Source: an uncultured delta proteobacterium (GTDB lineage Bacteria > Myxococcota > Myxococcia > Myxococcales > Anaeromyxobacteraceae). From it: a stretch of 64,000 bases of DNA. The stretch lies in contig CAWJSR010000057.1 in the NCBI GenBank assembly GCA_963845515.1, positions 1-64,000 of the forward strand, read 5' to 3'. The position numbers and the translations under genes were made by a program. Below the pieces are notes generated by a model. That model saw only the letters and a list, made by a program, of their open reading frames with translations, ran no database searches and had not been told where the DNA came from. This document shows positions 43,640 through 56,427 of the stretch, piece after piece. Positions within the stretch are counted from its first letter, which is position 1. Each line of letters begins with the position of its first letter.

Positions 43640-44755
43640 TTAGGAGAGGTTCGGGATGCTAGCACAAGTCTCGGCCAGCCGGATGGCCCGGCGCAAGCCG
43701 GCGTAACGCGGGCGGATCGCCGCTTCCCGCGGCGTGCACCACTCCCACGCCACGTGCTCGTCGGAGAGGCGGGGGGCGAAGCCACGCGGGAGGCGCGCGA
43801 CGAAGGCCGTCTCCTCGCAGATCCTCAAGCCCGGGCGACGCGGCGGCACCAGCGCGGGATCGAGCGGGAACGCGTGACGATAGCGCAGCGGCGCGACCTC
43901 CACGTCCGCCCCCGTCTCCTCCCCCAGCTCGCGGCGCGCGGCCGTAGCGGGATCCTCGCCCGGCTCGATCCTCCCGGTGACCGGCTGCCAGAAGCCGCCT
44001 CGCTCGGGTGTTCGAAGCAGGAGGAGGATCCGGCCGTCAGCCCCGACCGGCACGACCGAGACCGTCTCGAGATCGGGTGGTGCGCGCTCGGCGGAGCGCC
44101 CCAGCGCGCGCGCCAGGTGTTGCGCCAGCCGCTCCGCCACGGCCCCCTCCTCGGCCACCGGCAGCCCCCGCTCACGAAGCTCGCGGTCCAGGCTCGTGAC
44201 GCCGAGCCGGGGGTCCGAGATGCCGCACGGGACGATCGCCTGGAACTGCTGGAGGTCCACGGTCACGTTGAGCGCCAGGCCGTGGCTCGTCATGCCGTGG
44301 GAGAGGTGGACTCCCACCGCGCCCACCTTGCGCGACCCGATCCATGCCCCCCGGTGCTCGGGGTGGCGCGCGGCCTCCACGCCGAGGTCGCCACAGGTCA
44401 GGACCATCGCCTCCTCGAGCGCCTCGACGAAGCGCCGAGCCCCCATGGATGGGCCCAGCTCCATCACCGGGTAGGCGACCAGCTGGCCTGGCCCGTGCCA
44501 CGTCACGTCGCCGCCGCGGTCCGTCTCGTGGAGCTCGTAGCCGCGCTTCGCGAGCCAGTCGGGCGAGGCGAGGACGTTCCCGCGTCCCGCGCCGCGCCCC
44601 AGCGTCAGGACCGGCGGGTGCTCGAGGACGAACAGGTGGTCGGTCCCTGGCGGCTGCGCGCTCCGGACGGCTTCGGCCGCGAGCCTCATGAGGGCGAGTC
44701 CGTCCTCGTACTCGACGAGGCCGAGCTGCCGGACGAGGAGCCTCCGCTCGCTCAC
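43640..44755 (-). CDS. lipB: Octanoyltransferase LipB fused to a NUDIX domain
   Basis: EHPPVLTLG, DRGGDVTWHGPGQLV, HGLALN and PCG motifs; C-terminal WQPVTGRIEPGE..AARRELGEETG. Confidence 0.9.
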   Translation of the reverse strand: MSERRLLVRQLGLVEYEDGLALMRLAAEAVRSAQPPGTDHLFVLEHPPVLTLGRGAGRGNVLASPDWLAKRGYELHETDRGGDVTWHGPGQLVAYPVMELGPSMGARRFVEALEEAMVLTCGDLGVEAARHPEHRGAWIGSRKVGAVGVHLSHGMTSHGLALNVTVDLQQFQAIVPCGISDPRLGVTSLDRELRERGLPVAEEGAVAERLAQHLARALGRSAERAPPDLETVSVVPVGADGRILLLLRTPERGGFWQPVTGRIEPGEDPATAARRELGEETGADVEVAPLRYRHAFPLDPALVPPRRPGLRICEETAFVARLPRGFAPRLSDEHVAWEWCTPREAAIRPRYAGLRRAIRLAETCASIPNLS

Positions 44756-46188
44756 TCGCCCTCCCCGCGGCGAGGCCGCTCGGCTCGAGGCAGCGCGTGG
44801 GCGGCGCAGCCGAGCGCCACCTTGCAGGCCTCCATGAACGCCTCGGCCAGCGTCGGGTGCGCGTGCACCGTCTCCGCGACGCCCTCTAGCGTCGCCCCCA
44901 GCTCGATGGCGAGCGCCGCCTCCGCCACCAGCTCGCAGACCTCCGGGCCGGCGAGGGACGCGCCGACGATCCGGTGCGAGCCACGGTCCGCGATCACCTT
45001 CACGAACCCCTCTCCGCGATCGATCGCCACCGCACGCCCCAGGGCGCCGAACGCGAACTTGCCGACGACGACCTCGACCCCCTTCGCGCGCGCCTCCTCC
45101 TCGAGGAGCCCGACGTGCGCGATCTCCGGGTCGGTGAAGACCGCCGACGGGACGACCTTCCAGCGGCGTGAATGCGGCAGCCCGGCGATCGCCTCGGCTG
45201 CCAGCTCCCCCTCCCGGGACGCCTTGTGGGCGAGGAGCGGCGGGCCGGCGAGATCGCCCACCGCATGGATCGAAGGCACGCTGGTCCGGCAGCGCTCGTC
45301 GGTCACCACGAACCCGCGGTCGTCGAACCGGACCCCCAGCCGCTCCAGTCCGAGTCCCGTCGCGTCGGGCCGGAAGCCGACGGCGACCAGCACCTTGTCG
45401 ACGGTGTGCACCTCCTCGACCCCCTGGACCTCGACGCGGAGCGCGAGTCCATCGGGCCGCCGCTCGTAGCCCTTCGCCCTGGCACCGACCCTCACGACCA
45501 CGCCGCGCTGCCTGAAGCCCTTCTGGACGAGCCTGACCGCCTCTGGATCGCAGATCCCGAGGATCGTGGGCTGCGCCTCGAGGAAGGTCACCCGCGAGCC
45601 GAGCTTGGAGTAGACGGTCCCCAGCTCGGCCCCCACGACCCCTCCTCCGATGACGGCGAGCCGCGGGGGGATCTCGGACAGCGCCAGCGCCTCACGCGCC
45701 CCCCAGACGTCCTGGCCGTCCACGTCGAAGCCGGGGAGCGCGATCGGCCTGGCGCCGGTCGCGACGACGAAGGCGGGGGCCTCCAGCCGGATCGGCCCCT
45801 CCCCGTCCACCTCCACCTCGACGGTGGTCGGTCCGGAGAACCTCGCCCTGCCCCTGATCACGTCGACGCCGTTGCCCTTCTCGAGGGTCCCGATCCCTGC
45901 GACCAGCTTCCGGACCACCCCGTCCTTGAACTCGCGGAGCTTCGCGACGTCAAGGCGCAGCTCGCCCACGATCCCCCTGGCCGCGGCGCCGCGCAGGTCG
46001 TCCAGGAGGCTCGCCGCCGCGATGAGCGCCTTCGACGGGATGCAGCCCCAGTTCAGGCAGGTCCCTCCCATCGCCTCCCGCTCGACCAGGGCGGTGCGCA
46101 CCCCGAGCTGCGCGAGACGGATGGCGGCCACGTAGCCGCCGGGCCCCGCGCCAATCACCACCGCGTCGTACTTCCGCTCCATCGTCAT
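44752..46188 (-). CDS. lpdA: Dihydrolipoyl dehydrogenase
   Basis: GAGPGGYVAA, GGTCLNWGCIPSK and HAHPTLAE motifs. Confidence 0.94.
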   Translation of the reverse strand: MTMERKYDAVVIGAGPGGYVAAIRLAQLGVRTALVEREAMGGTCLNWGCIPSKALIAAASLLDDLRGAAARGIVGELRLDVAKLREFKDGVVRKLVAGIGTLEKGNGVDVIRGRARFSGPTTVEVEVDGEGPIRLEAPAFVVATGARPIALPGFDVDGQDVWGAREALALSEIPPRLAVIGGGVVGAELGTVYSKLGSRVTFLEAQPTILGICDPEAVRLVQKGFRQRGVVVRVGARAKGYERRPDGLALRVEVQGVEEVHTVDKVLVAVGFRPDATGLGLERLGVRFDDRGFVVTDERCRTSVPSIHAVGDLAGPPLLAHKASREGELAAEAIAGLPHSRRWKVVPSAVFTDPEIAHVGLLEEEARAKGVEVVVGKFAFGALGRAVAIDRGEGFVKVIADRGSHRIVGASLAGPEVCELVAEAALAIELGATLEGVAETVHAHPTLAEAFMEACKVALGCAAHALPRAERPRRGEGE

Positions 46189-46204
46189 CGTCCTCCCCCG
46201 ACGC

Positions 46205-47248
46205 TCAGGGCGCTGGAGTGGATCCGGTCACCGGCTGGGGGCTCGGCGCCCGGTTGCGCCGACGCAGCCCCTCGCAGGGGTCCTCCCGCTCCGCGCGTGG
46301 CGTGAAGACCACAAAGTCGAAAGGGAAGCGGTCCCCGCCGTACGGCTCGGCGAACTGGCGCGGCCAGCGGAGCTCCGCGTCCGCCTCGACGAGGGCGATC
46401 GAGACGTGCCGGCGGCCGGGCGCGACGCGCTCGAGCCACGCCGGGACGCCGCGATCCGTCCGTGCGTGCCCGTCGCCAGTGACCAGGACCGCGCCCCCGC
46501 CACCGCCAGCGGCGGCGACCCGAAGGGCCATCTGGACGTCCCGCGCCCGCTGCGCCCGGACGAGGCCGGGGAGCAGCTCCTTCGGAACCTCGCCGCAGTG
46601 GTTCTCCTTCATCTCCTTGGCCCAGGCGCGCAGCTCCTCGGGCGCCGGCTCTCCCGCGCGCTCGAGCAGCTCCCGCACGTCGGCGGGGAGCGCCTCGACC
46701 CCCTTGCGGACCGCCTCTCGCGCGACCGGACGAGGGAGGTTGGCGGCGACCAGCTCCAGCCTCGCGGCGAGGCCGATCTCGAAGATGGGCCGGTAGAGCG
46801 CGAACTCCGGCCAGCCGGACTTCTTCCAGCCCGTCGCCTCGGCGATGGCGTCGGGGGTGGCCGGCGTCACCGCGAGCGCAGCCGCCAGCGCCTCGGCCTG
46901 GCTCGTGTCGAGCATCTCGAAGGCGAGCGCCGGCCGCTTCCCGCCCGCGAGGGCCGCCTCCAGGAAGGCGGCCTGCAGGCGGTGGTGGTCCTCGTTGTCG
47001 TGCGTCTCGCCGAGGAAGACGTACTCGGCCTTCGCGAGCGCCGCGCGAATCTCGGCCGCGTCCACCCACCGCTCGTCCCTCGTGGAGAGGGCGTAGCCCA
47101 CGAGCGGGTGCTCCCGCTCCAGCGGGCTCCTCCACTCCAGGGCGCCGAAGGCCCGCGGATCGCGCGCCGTGGGCGGGACGGGACGGCCGGCGCAGCCGCC
47201 TGCGAGCAGCGTCGAGGCCAGGGCCAGCGCCATGAGCCCGCGCCTCAC
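46205..47248 (-). CDS. ChaN-like (haem-uptake/Tiki) lipoprotein, in frame with lipA
   Basis: Lipobox [30 protein letters not shown] and GDGH motifs. Confidence 0.75.
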   Translation of the reverse strand: MRRGLMALALASTLLAGGCAGRPVPPTARDPRAFGALEWRSPLEREHPLVGYALSTRDERWVDAAEIRAALAKAEYVFLGETHDNEDHHRLQAAFLEAALAGGKRPALAFEMLDTSQAEALAAALAVTPATPDAIAEATGWKKSGWPEFALYRPIFEIGLAARLELVAANLPRPVAREAVRKGVEALPADVRELLERAGEPAPEELRAWAKEMKENHCGEVPKELLPGLVRAQRARDVQMALRVAAAGGGGGAVLVTGDGHARTDRGVPAWLERVAPGRRHVSIALVEADAELRWPRQFAEPYGGDRFPFDFVVFTPRAEREDPCEGLRRRNRAPSPQPVTGSTPAP

Positions 47249-48109
47249 GAGCTGCTCCGCGGCGCGGTAGGACGAGCGGACGAGCGGCCCGCTCGCGACG
47301 AACTGGAATCCCATCTCGTACCCTTCCTCCTCGTGCGAGGCGAAGCGCTCCGGGGTGATCCACTCCGCCACCGGCAGCTGGCGCGGGGACGGCTGGAGGT
47401 ACTGTCCCAGGGTCAGGAGCTCCACGCCGGCCGAGCGCAGGTCGCGCATGGCCTCTCGCACCTCTCCGGTCGTCTCGCCGAGCCCAAGCAGCAGCGAGCT
47501 CTTGGTGAGGATCGACGGGAACTCGCGCTTCACCCTGCCGAGGACGTCGAGCGTGAGGTCGTAGCCGGCGCGCGGGTCGCGCACCTGCGACGTGAGCCGC
47601 CGCACCGTCTCCAGGTTCTGGCCCAGGACGTGCGGCTCCGCCCGCCCGAGCTCCCGCACCGAGTCGGCGCAGCCGCCGAAGTCCGGGGTGAGCGCCTCCA
47701 CGGTCGGTCTCCCCAGCGCCCTCACGCTCCGGATCGCCGCGGCGAAGTGCGCTGCGCCGCCGTCCGGGAGGTCGTCGCGGTCGACGCTCGTCAGGACCAC
47801 GTGGTCGAGCCCGAGCCGATCGACGGCACCGGCCACCCGCGCCGGCTCGCCCGGATCGAGTGGCGGCGGGCTCGCGCCGCTCGGCACGTCGCAGAAGCGG
47901 CACCCCCTGGTGCACGTACCCCCCATCAGCAGGAAGGTGGCCGTCCCTGCGCTCCAGCACTCACCTGCGTTCGGGCAGTTCGCCTCCTCGCAGACCGTCT
48001 TCAGGCTCAGCGAGGAGAGCGTCGCCTTCACCCGCCGGTACCGCTCGCCGCCTCCGAGCGGTGCGCGCAGCCAGCGTGGCTTGGGGGCGGTTGGGCGGGG
48101 GTGCGTCAT
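47249..48109 (-). CDS. lipA: Lipoyl synthase (no stop codon before the ChaN part)
   Basis: [21 protein letters not shown] and VRSSYRA motifs. Confidence 0.93.
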
Positions 48110-48190
48110 GGTGGCCGCCGTGGCTGGGCGGGACGCCATGCTATCATCGCGCGCGAGCGCCAGCGGGACCGGCATGCGTGAGGCTGCGGA

Positions 48191-49258
48191 ATGACGGAGT
48201 CACTCACCGACCCCACCCACATCCTCGTGGTGGACGACGACGATGCAGTACGCGACGCGATCGCCGTCCTGCTCCAGGAGGAGGGCTACGAGTGCTCTCG
48301 CGCCGACGGCGCGCAGGCCGCGCTCGACCTCCTCAAGGCCGGCGAGCACCCGCTCGTCATCTCGGACATGCGCATGCCCGTCCACGACGGGATGTGGCTC
48401 CTCGAGCGGATCGGGGAGGAGCACCCCGAGACCGCCGTGATCATGCTCACCGCCTTCAGCGACACCGAGGCAGCGGTGGACTGCCTCAGGAAGGGGGCGG
48501 TCGACTACCTCCTGAAGCCGCCGCGGGTCACCAACCTGGTGCGGGCCGTCGAGCGCGCGCTCTCCAGGCGACGGCTGGAGCTGGCCCGCCAGCGCTACCA
48601 GCGCAGCCTGGAGCAGCGAGTCCGCGAGAAGACGGCCGAGCTCTCGGCGGCCCTTCGCGAGATCGAGACCGCGTACGCCAACACCCTCAGCGCGCTCGTC
48701 GCGGCGCTCGACGCCCGCGAGCACGAGACCAGCGACCACTCGCAGCGCGTCGTCCGCTACACCCTCGCGGTCGCCAAGCGGATGGGGCTCGGGGACGCCG
48801 AGATCCCCAACCTCTCCCGCGGCGCGCTCCTGCACGACATCGGCAAGATCGGAGTCCCTGACGCGATCCTGCTCAAGCCGGGAGCGCTGACGCCGGAGGA
48901 GTGGGTGGAGATGCGCAAGCACCCCCAGACCGGGTTCACCATCCTGCAGCCGATCCCCTTCCTGTCGGCCCCGGCGGAGATCGTCCTGGCGCACCAGGAG
49001 CGGATCGACGGCGGCGGGTACCCCCGCGGCCTCTCGGGCGACGCCATCCCGTTCGGCGCTCGCGTCTTCGCCATCGCCGACACCTTCGACGCGATCACGA
49101 GCAACCGCCCGTACCGGCGCGCGGCCACCGTCGAGACCGCGCGCGACGAGATCCGGCGCTGCGCGGGGCGCCAGTTCGATCGCCAGTGCGCCGAGGCCTT
49201 CCTCTCCTTCTCGGTCGAGGAGCTCGCCGCCCTCGCCCGCCCGGCGGCCCGGCCCTGA
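48191..49258 (+). CDS. Response regulator with HD-GYP phosphodiesterase domain
   Basis: REC domain; HSQRV, LHDIGK and [11 protein letters not shown] motifs. Confidence 0.93.
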   Translation: MTESLTDPTHILVVDDDDAVRDAIAVLLQEEGYECSRADGAQAALDLLKAGEHPLVISDMRMPVHDGMWLLERIGEEHPETAVIMLTAFSDTEAAVDCLRKGAVDYLLKPPRVTNLVRAVERALSRRRLELARQRYQRSLEQRVREKTAELSAALREIETAYANTLSALVAALDAREHETSDHSQRVVRYTLAVAKRMGLGDAEIPNLSRGALLHDIGKIGVPDAILLKPGALTPEEWVEMRKHPQTGFTILQPIPFLSAPAEIVLAHQERIDGGGYPRGLSGDAIPFGARVFAIADTFDAITSNRPYRRAATVETARDEIRRCAGRQFDRQCAEAFLSFSVEELAALARPAARP

Positions 49259-49272
49259 CGGCGGAGCGCACC

Positions 49273-50262
49273 ATGTCCGCTCCGCTCGGAAAGCTCTCTG
49301 ACGGCAATGGGCGCGAGATCTCCTATCTCCGGGTCTCGCTCACGGATCGCTGCAACCTCCGCTGCTCGTACTGCGCGGTCCACTCCACACCACAGGACTC
49401 CAGGCCGCTCCGGCGGGACGAGGTGCGCCGCCTGGTCTCGATCTTCGGCCGGCTGGGGATCCGGCGCGTCCGGCTCACCGGAGGCGAGCCGACCCTGCGG
49501 CGAGACCTCCTCGACGTCGTGGCAGACGTGCGGAGCACCCCGGGCATCGAGGAGATCGCGCTCACGACCAACGGCTTCCGGCTGGAGGAGCTCGCCGCGC
49601 CGCTTCGCGCCGCCGGCGTCTCGCGGCTGAACGTCTCGTTCGACACGCTCGACGGGGACCGGCTCGAGCGGATCTGCGGCCGCCCGGTGCGGATCGAGCG
49701 GCTCCTCGCCGGGATCGAGGCGGCGACGCGTGCCCGCTTCACGTCGGTGAAGCTCAACACCGTAGTGATGCGCGGGGAGAACGACGGTGAGGTGGGAGAG
49801 ATCGTCCGCTTCGCCTGGCGCGTAGGCGCCCTCCCGCGCTTCATCGAGCTGATGCCCTTCGGCGCCGGAGTCCCTGTCCCCGCCGCCGAGACCAAGCGGC
49901 TCCTGGCTGAGCAAGGGGTCGAGCTTCGCCCCGACGAGACCCGCGGCTGGGGCCCCGCCTACCACATGCAGGGGCGGAGCCGGGTGGGCGGCGCCGAGCT
50001 CACCGGGCTCGTGGGGTTCATCTCCGCCATGACGGAGAACTTCTGCTCGTCGTGCAACCGCGTCCGGATCGCAGCCGACGGCTCGCTCCGCGCCTGCCTG
50101 GGAGGCCACGACCGGGTGTCGCTGCGGGAGCTCCTCGACGCCGGCGCCACCGACGAGGTGATCGCCGGCCGCATCCTGGCGGAGCTGGGGCGCAAGGGCG
50201 ACCGCCACCTGATGGGCAAGGAGGGTTGCTCGCTCCTGCCCATGATCGGAACCGGCGGTTAG
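49273..50262 (+). CDS. moaA: GTP 3',8-cyclase MoaA
   Basis: YLRVSLTDRCNLRCSYC, LTGGEP, FCSSCNRVR and C-terminal GG. Confidence 0.94.
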   Translation: MSAPLGKLSDGNGREISYLRVSLTDRCNLRCSYCAVHSTPQDSRPLRRDEVRRLVSIFGRLGIRRVRLTGGEPTLRRDLLDVVADVRSTPGIEEIALTTNGFRLEELAAPLRAAGVSRLNVSFDTLDGDRLERICGRPVRIERLLAGIEAATRARFTSVKLNTVVMRGENDGEVGEIVRFAWRVGALPRFIELMPFGAGVPVPAAETKRLLAEQGVELRPDETRGWGPAYHMQGRSRVGGAELTGLVGFISAMTENFCSSCNRVRIAADGSLRACLGGHDRVSLRELLDAGATDEVIAGRILAELGRKGDRHLMGKEGCSLLPMIGTGG

Positions 50263-50281
50263 CTCAGGGCGTGACCCGTGG

Positions 50282-51703
<1,422 letters not shown>

Positions 51704-51776
51704 TCAACGAGCGCCCGAAGAATCTCCGCGGTGCACCCCCACCGATGGGCGAGGCGGGGGCGCTCGCCCGCAGCGC

Positions 51777-53147
<1,371 letters not shown>

Positions 53148-53182
53148 CTACGACCGCGTCCCGTCAACGGATTTTGTGATCG

Positions 53183-53362
53183 TCAGGCGTAGTCGATGAT
53201 GACGACGCCGCGGTCCCGATCGCCCTCGTCCGGGCCGCCACCGGGAGTCGGACCGGCCGGGGGCGGCGGGCTCGGAGCGGGCACCTCGGCCGTCGGACGG
53301 ATGTCTCGCCCGCGATCGCGCTCGCGCCGCTTGATCTCGTCGATGACGTAGGCGTCCAGCAT
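53183..53362 (-). CDS. Small protein (59 aa), absent from the ORF track
   Basis: MLDAYVIDEIKRRERDRGRDIRPTAEVPAP...RGVVIIDYA*; GGGGA RBS; co-oriented with its neighbours. Confidence 0.65.
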   Translation of the reverse strand: MLDAYVIDEIKRRERDRGRDIRPTAEVPAPSPPPPAGPTPGGGPDEGDRDRGVVIIDYA

Positions 53363-53405
53363 CGCCGCATCCCCTGAAGCTAGTCTAATGGCGACCCCCG
53401 GCGGG

Positions 53406-53852
53406 TCAAGCTGCCCCTTCTGCCCGGGTCCGGAACGCCTCCAGCGTCAGGGGGAGCTGGACGCGGGTGAGCTCATCGGCCACGCGGTCGACGACGAACT
53501 GCGGAACGAGCGCCGGGCGGGCGATCTGGACGTCGACGGTGTAGCGCGCGAGCGTGCCGCCGGCGTCCTCGGCGAGCTCCCACGAACCGTCCGAGCGGGC
53601 AAGAAGGTCCCCGCTCACGAGGGACCACGTGACCCTCCTTGGAGGCTCCTCGCGGTGCGCGAGGACGTAGCGGACGCGCCGGATCGCGAGGTCCACCTCG
53701 TACTCGACGTGGCGCGCCCCACCCGCCTCCCCGACCACGCGGCACGCCACGACGCCCGGGAGGAACTCCGGGTAGCGCCCGTAGTCGGTGATCACGCCCC
53801 AGACGCGATCGATGGGGGCGGCGATCCGGAGCTCTCTGGTCGTCGCCCCCAC
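53406..53852 (-). CDS. SRPBCC/polyketide-cyclase (Coq10/RatA-like) protein
   Basis: VWGVITDYGRYPEFLP and GSW motifs. Confidence 0.85.
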   Translation of the reverse strand: MGATTRELRIAAPIDRVWGVITDYGRYPEFLPGVVACRVVGEAGGARHVEYEVDLAIRRVRYVLAHREEPPRRVTWSLVSGDLLARSDGSWELAEDAGGTLARYTVDVQIARPALVPQFVVDRVADELTRVQLPLTLEAFRTRAEGAA

Positions 53853-53861
53853 GCGGCACCC

Positions 53862-54827
53862 CTACCAGCCGTAGTCGGGCTTGCCGTGGAACCGGTGGAC
53901 CGTCTCGATGAAGCGCACCGTCCCGGTCTTCGAGCGCATCACCACCGAGTGGCTGCGCGCGCCGCTCCCGGTGAAGCGGACGCCCTTGAGGAAGTCACCG
54001 TTGGTCACGCCGGTCGCCGCGAACATGACGCTGCCGCCCGCCATCTCCTCGGCGGTCATGATCTTGTCGAGGTCCAGCATCCCCATCGCCCTGGCGCGCC
54101 TCTTCTCGTCGTCGTTGCGCCACATGAGGCGCCCCTGCATGTCGCCGCCGACGCAGCGAAGCGCCGCCGCGCTGATCACCCCTTCTGGCGCGCCACCGGT
54201 CCCCATCAGCACGTCCACGCCGGTGTCCGGGAAGCAGGTGTTGAGCGCGCCGGCGACGTCGCCGTCTCCGATGAGCTTGATGCGCGCGCCCGCCTCCCGG
54301 ACCTCGCGGATGAGCTGATCGTGGCGCGGCCGCTCGAGGATCACGACGCTGAGATCCTGGACCGGCTTGCCCAGCGCCTGGCTGATCCGCTTCAGGTTCT
54401 CGGTGGGCGACTTCGAGAGGTCGATGGAGCCCTTCGCGCCGGGCCCCACCGCGATCTTCTCCATGTAGGTGTCGGGCGCCCGCAGCAGCTTCCCCTTCTC
54501 CCCCATGGCGATCACGCTGATGGCTCCCGCGGCCCCCGTGGCGCAGAGGTTGGTCCCCTCCAGCGGATCGACCGCGATCTCGACGATCATGCTGCCCGCG
54601 TTTGCGCGCCCGACCCGCTCGCCGATGAAGAGCATGGGCGCCTCGTCCCGCTCCCCCTCGCCGATCACGATCTCGCCGTCGATCGAGAGGTCGTTGAAGG
54701 CCTTGCGCATCGCCTCGACGGCGAGCTGGTCGGCGCCGTTCCGGTCCCCGCGCCCCATGGAGCGGGCGGAGGCCAGAGCGGCGGCTTCGGTGACACGAAC
54801 GGCTTCGAGCGCGAGGTTGCGATCCAT
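53862..54827 (-). CDS. glpX: Fructose-1,6-bisphosphatase class II
   Basis: VRVTEAAA, IGEGERDEAPML, AVDPLEGT, DGDV and GGAPEGV motifs. Confidence 0.96.
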   Translation of the reverse strand: MDRNLALEAVRVTEAAALASARSMGRGDRNGADQLAVEAMRKAFNDLSIDGEIVIGEGERDEAPMLFIGERVGRANAGSMIVEIAVDPLEGTNLCATGAAGAISVIAMGEKGKLLRAPDTYMEKIAVGPGAKGSIDLSKSPTENLKRISQALGKPVQDLSVVILERPRHDQLIREVREAGARIKLIGDGDVAGALNTCFPDTGVDVLMGTGGAPEGVISAAALRCVGGDMQGRLMWRNDDEKRRARAMGMLDLDKIMTAEEMAGGSVMFAATGVTNGDFLKGVRFTGSGARSHSVVMRSKTGTVRFIETVHRFHGKPDYGW

Positions 54828-54906
54828 GTCCTTGTTTCCTCCGGTCAGTTGGGAAGCGGCAGGGGCCGCCGGCTGCGCCGGTGAGCCCCTTGGGGAGAGA
54901 CCACGA

Positions 54907-55494
54907 TCAGGGGCCGGCCCTGCGGAACGCACTCAGCACGGCGCGGACCTGCGGCGCTGCGACGCCGTCGACGAGCGCCCAGGTCTCGAGGCGCACGGGC
55001 CCGACGCCCGGCGCGAACGTCATCTCCATCACGTGCTCGGTCGACGAGCCGGCGCGGTTGTGTCCCCTCACCCGGACGCAGCCCTCGTAGCGCCCCGCGG
55101 GAACCTCCACGAGCTCCCCGACACCGACGATCTCGTACCGCTCCGTGGAGGAGACCGAGACGACGGACGTCCAGGAGCTCCCCACCGCCAACGGGGCGCA
55201 CAGGAGGCGGCGGATCCGGTCGCGGACGCACTCGCCGTCGGCGCGGAGCTCGGTCCGCTCGCTGTCGCGGAAGAAGCCGTCGGCCGTCCGCTCGGTGATC
55301 CGGACGGTCCGCGCCGCCTTTCGCCCCCCACCGGCGAGCTGTGGCGAGACGTCGTCCCAGACCCACTCGTTCCCCACGGCCAGCGGGTAGAAGCTGGCGG
55401 GACCACCGGCGGGCGCGACGGGATTGGGAGCCACCGGCACCGAGGAGCACGCGAAGGCGATCACGACCGGGAGGAGTAGCGTCCTGATCTTCAT
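54907..55494 (-). CDS. Lipoprotein of unknown function
   Basis: AFAC lipobox; YPLAVGNEWVW, VEVPAGRYEGC and FAPGVG motifs. Confidence 0.75.
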   Translation of the reverse strand: MKIRTLLLPVVIAFACSSVPVAPNPVAPAGGPASFYPLAVGNEWVWDDVSPQLAGGGRKAARTVRITERTADGFFRDSERTELRADGECVRDRIRRLLCAPLAVGSSWTSVVSVSSTERYEIVGVGELVEVPAGRYEGCVRVRGHNRAGSSTEHVMEMTFAPGVGPVRLETWALVDGVAAPQVRAVLSAFRRAGP

Positions 55495-55531
55495 GGCCGC
55501 AGCATCTTAGCTGCAATCCGGGCGCGAATGG

Positions 55532-56422
55532 TCACGGCTTCTTGGCCGATGGCGGTGCGACGCCGACTCGGGTCCGCGTGAGGGCCTGGCCCGCCGCCTG
55601 GCGGACCGCCCAGTCCGCGTGACCCGACTGAAGGGTCAGCAGGTACCCCTCCACGTCCGCCCCGCCGATCTCCCCAAGGACCGGGATCAGCCGGAGCGTC
55701 GCCCCGGTGTCCCCCGCCTGCGCCGCCTCGATGAGCGCCAACGCCGACGCAGGGTCCTTGAAGGTGGCGAGGGCGTCCACCGCTGCACGCGCAACGACCG
55801 GGTCCGGGTCACGGACGCGCTCGGCGACCGCCCGCGACGTGCCGCTCGCGCCCCTCGCCGCCAGCGCGCGCAGCGCGCGCAGGCGCGCACGCGGGTCGCC
55901 GCCCGCGAGATCGCCTACGAGCGCTTCGGTCGACTTCTGGGCCGCGTGGAGGTCGAGCGCAAGCGCCTGCGCAGCTTCACTCACCGCGCCGCTCAGCGCT
56001 TCCTTCCATGCGCCCTGGGGGTCACGGCCCGGAAGCGCCACCTGCGCCCTCCCCTCCTCGAGAGGGCGGGGGCCGCTCGCCCAGGACTGCTCCAGCTGGA
56101 GCTCGACGACCACCTCCGCGGCTGACCGGGTCGGCGCGCGCAGCGTCGTCATGCCGAACGCCACGACCGACAGCGTCGCGCGGTAGTGACGAGGCGCCCC
56201 TTCATCGTAGGGGAAGCCGGCCCCGGCGAACGCCTTCCTGGCAGCCTCGGTGAGCTGGCGTACGTCGAGCCCCACCTCGGCGAGCGCTGGCGACAGCTCG
56301 GAGGGCGGCACCACGATCACGCCGATCGGCGCGATCGTGGGCTTCCTCCCGCACGCCGGCAGCAGGGCGGCGAGCGCGAGCAGCGCGAAGGCGAGGGTTG
56401 CGCGCTGCGCCCCTCCGCTCAT
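55532..56422 (-). CDS. HEAT-repeat lipoprotein
   Basis: LPAC lipobox; C-terminal DPDPVVARAAVDALA-type repeats. Confidence 0.75.
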   Translation of the reverse strand: MSGGAQRATLAFALLALAALLPACGRKPTIAPIGVIVVPPSELSPALAEVGLDVRQLTEAARKAFAGAGFPYDEGAPRHYRATLSVVAFGMTTLRAPTRSAAEVVVELQLEQSWASGPRPLEEGRAQVALPGRDPQGAWKEALSGAVSEAAQALALDLHAAQKSTEALVGDLAGGDPRARLRALRALAARGASGTSRAVAERVRDPDPVVARAAVDALATFKDPASALALIEAAQAGDTGATLRLIPVLGEIGGADVEGYLLTLQSGHADWAVRQAAGQALTRTRVGVAPPSAKKP

Positions 56423-56427
56423 TCCCC

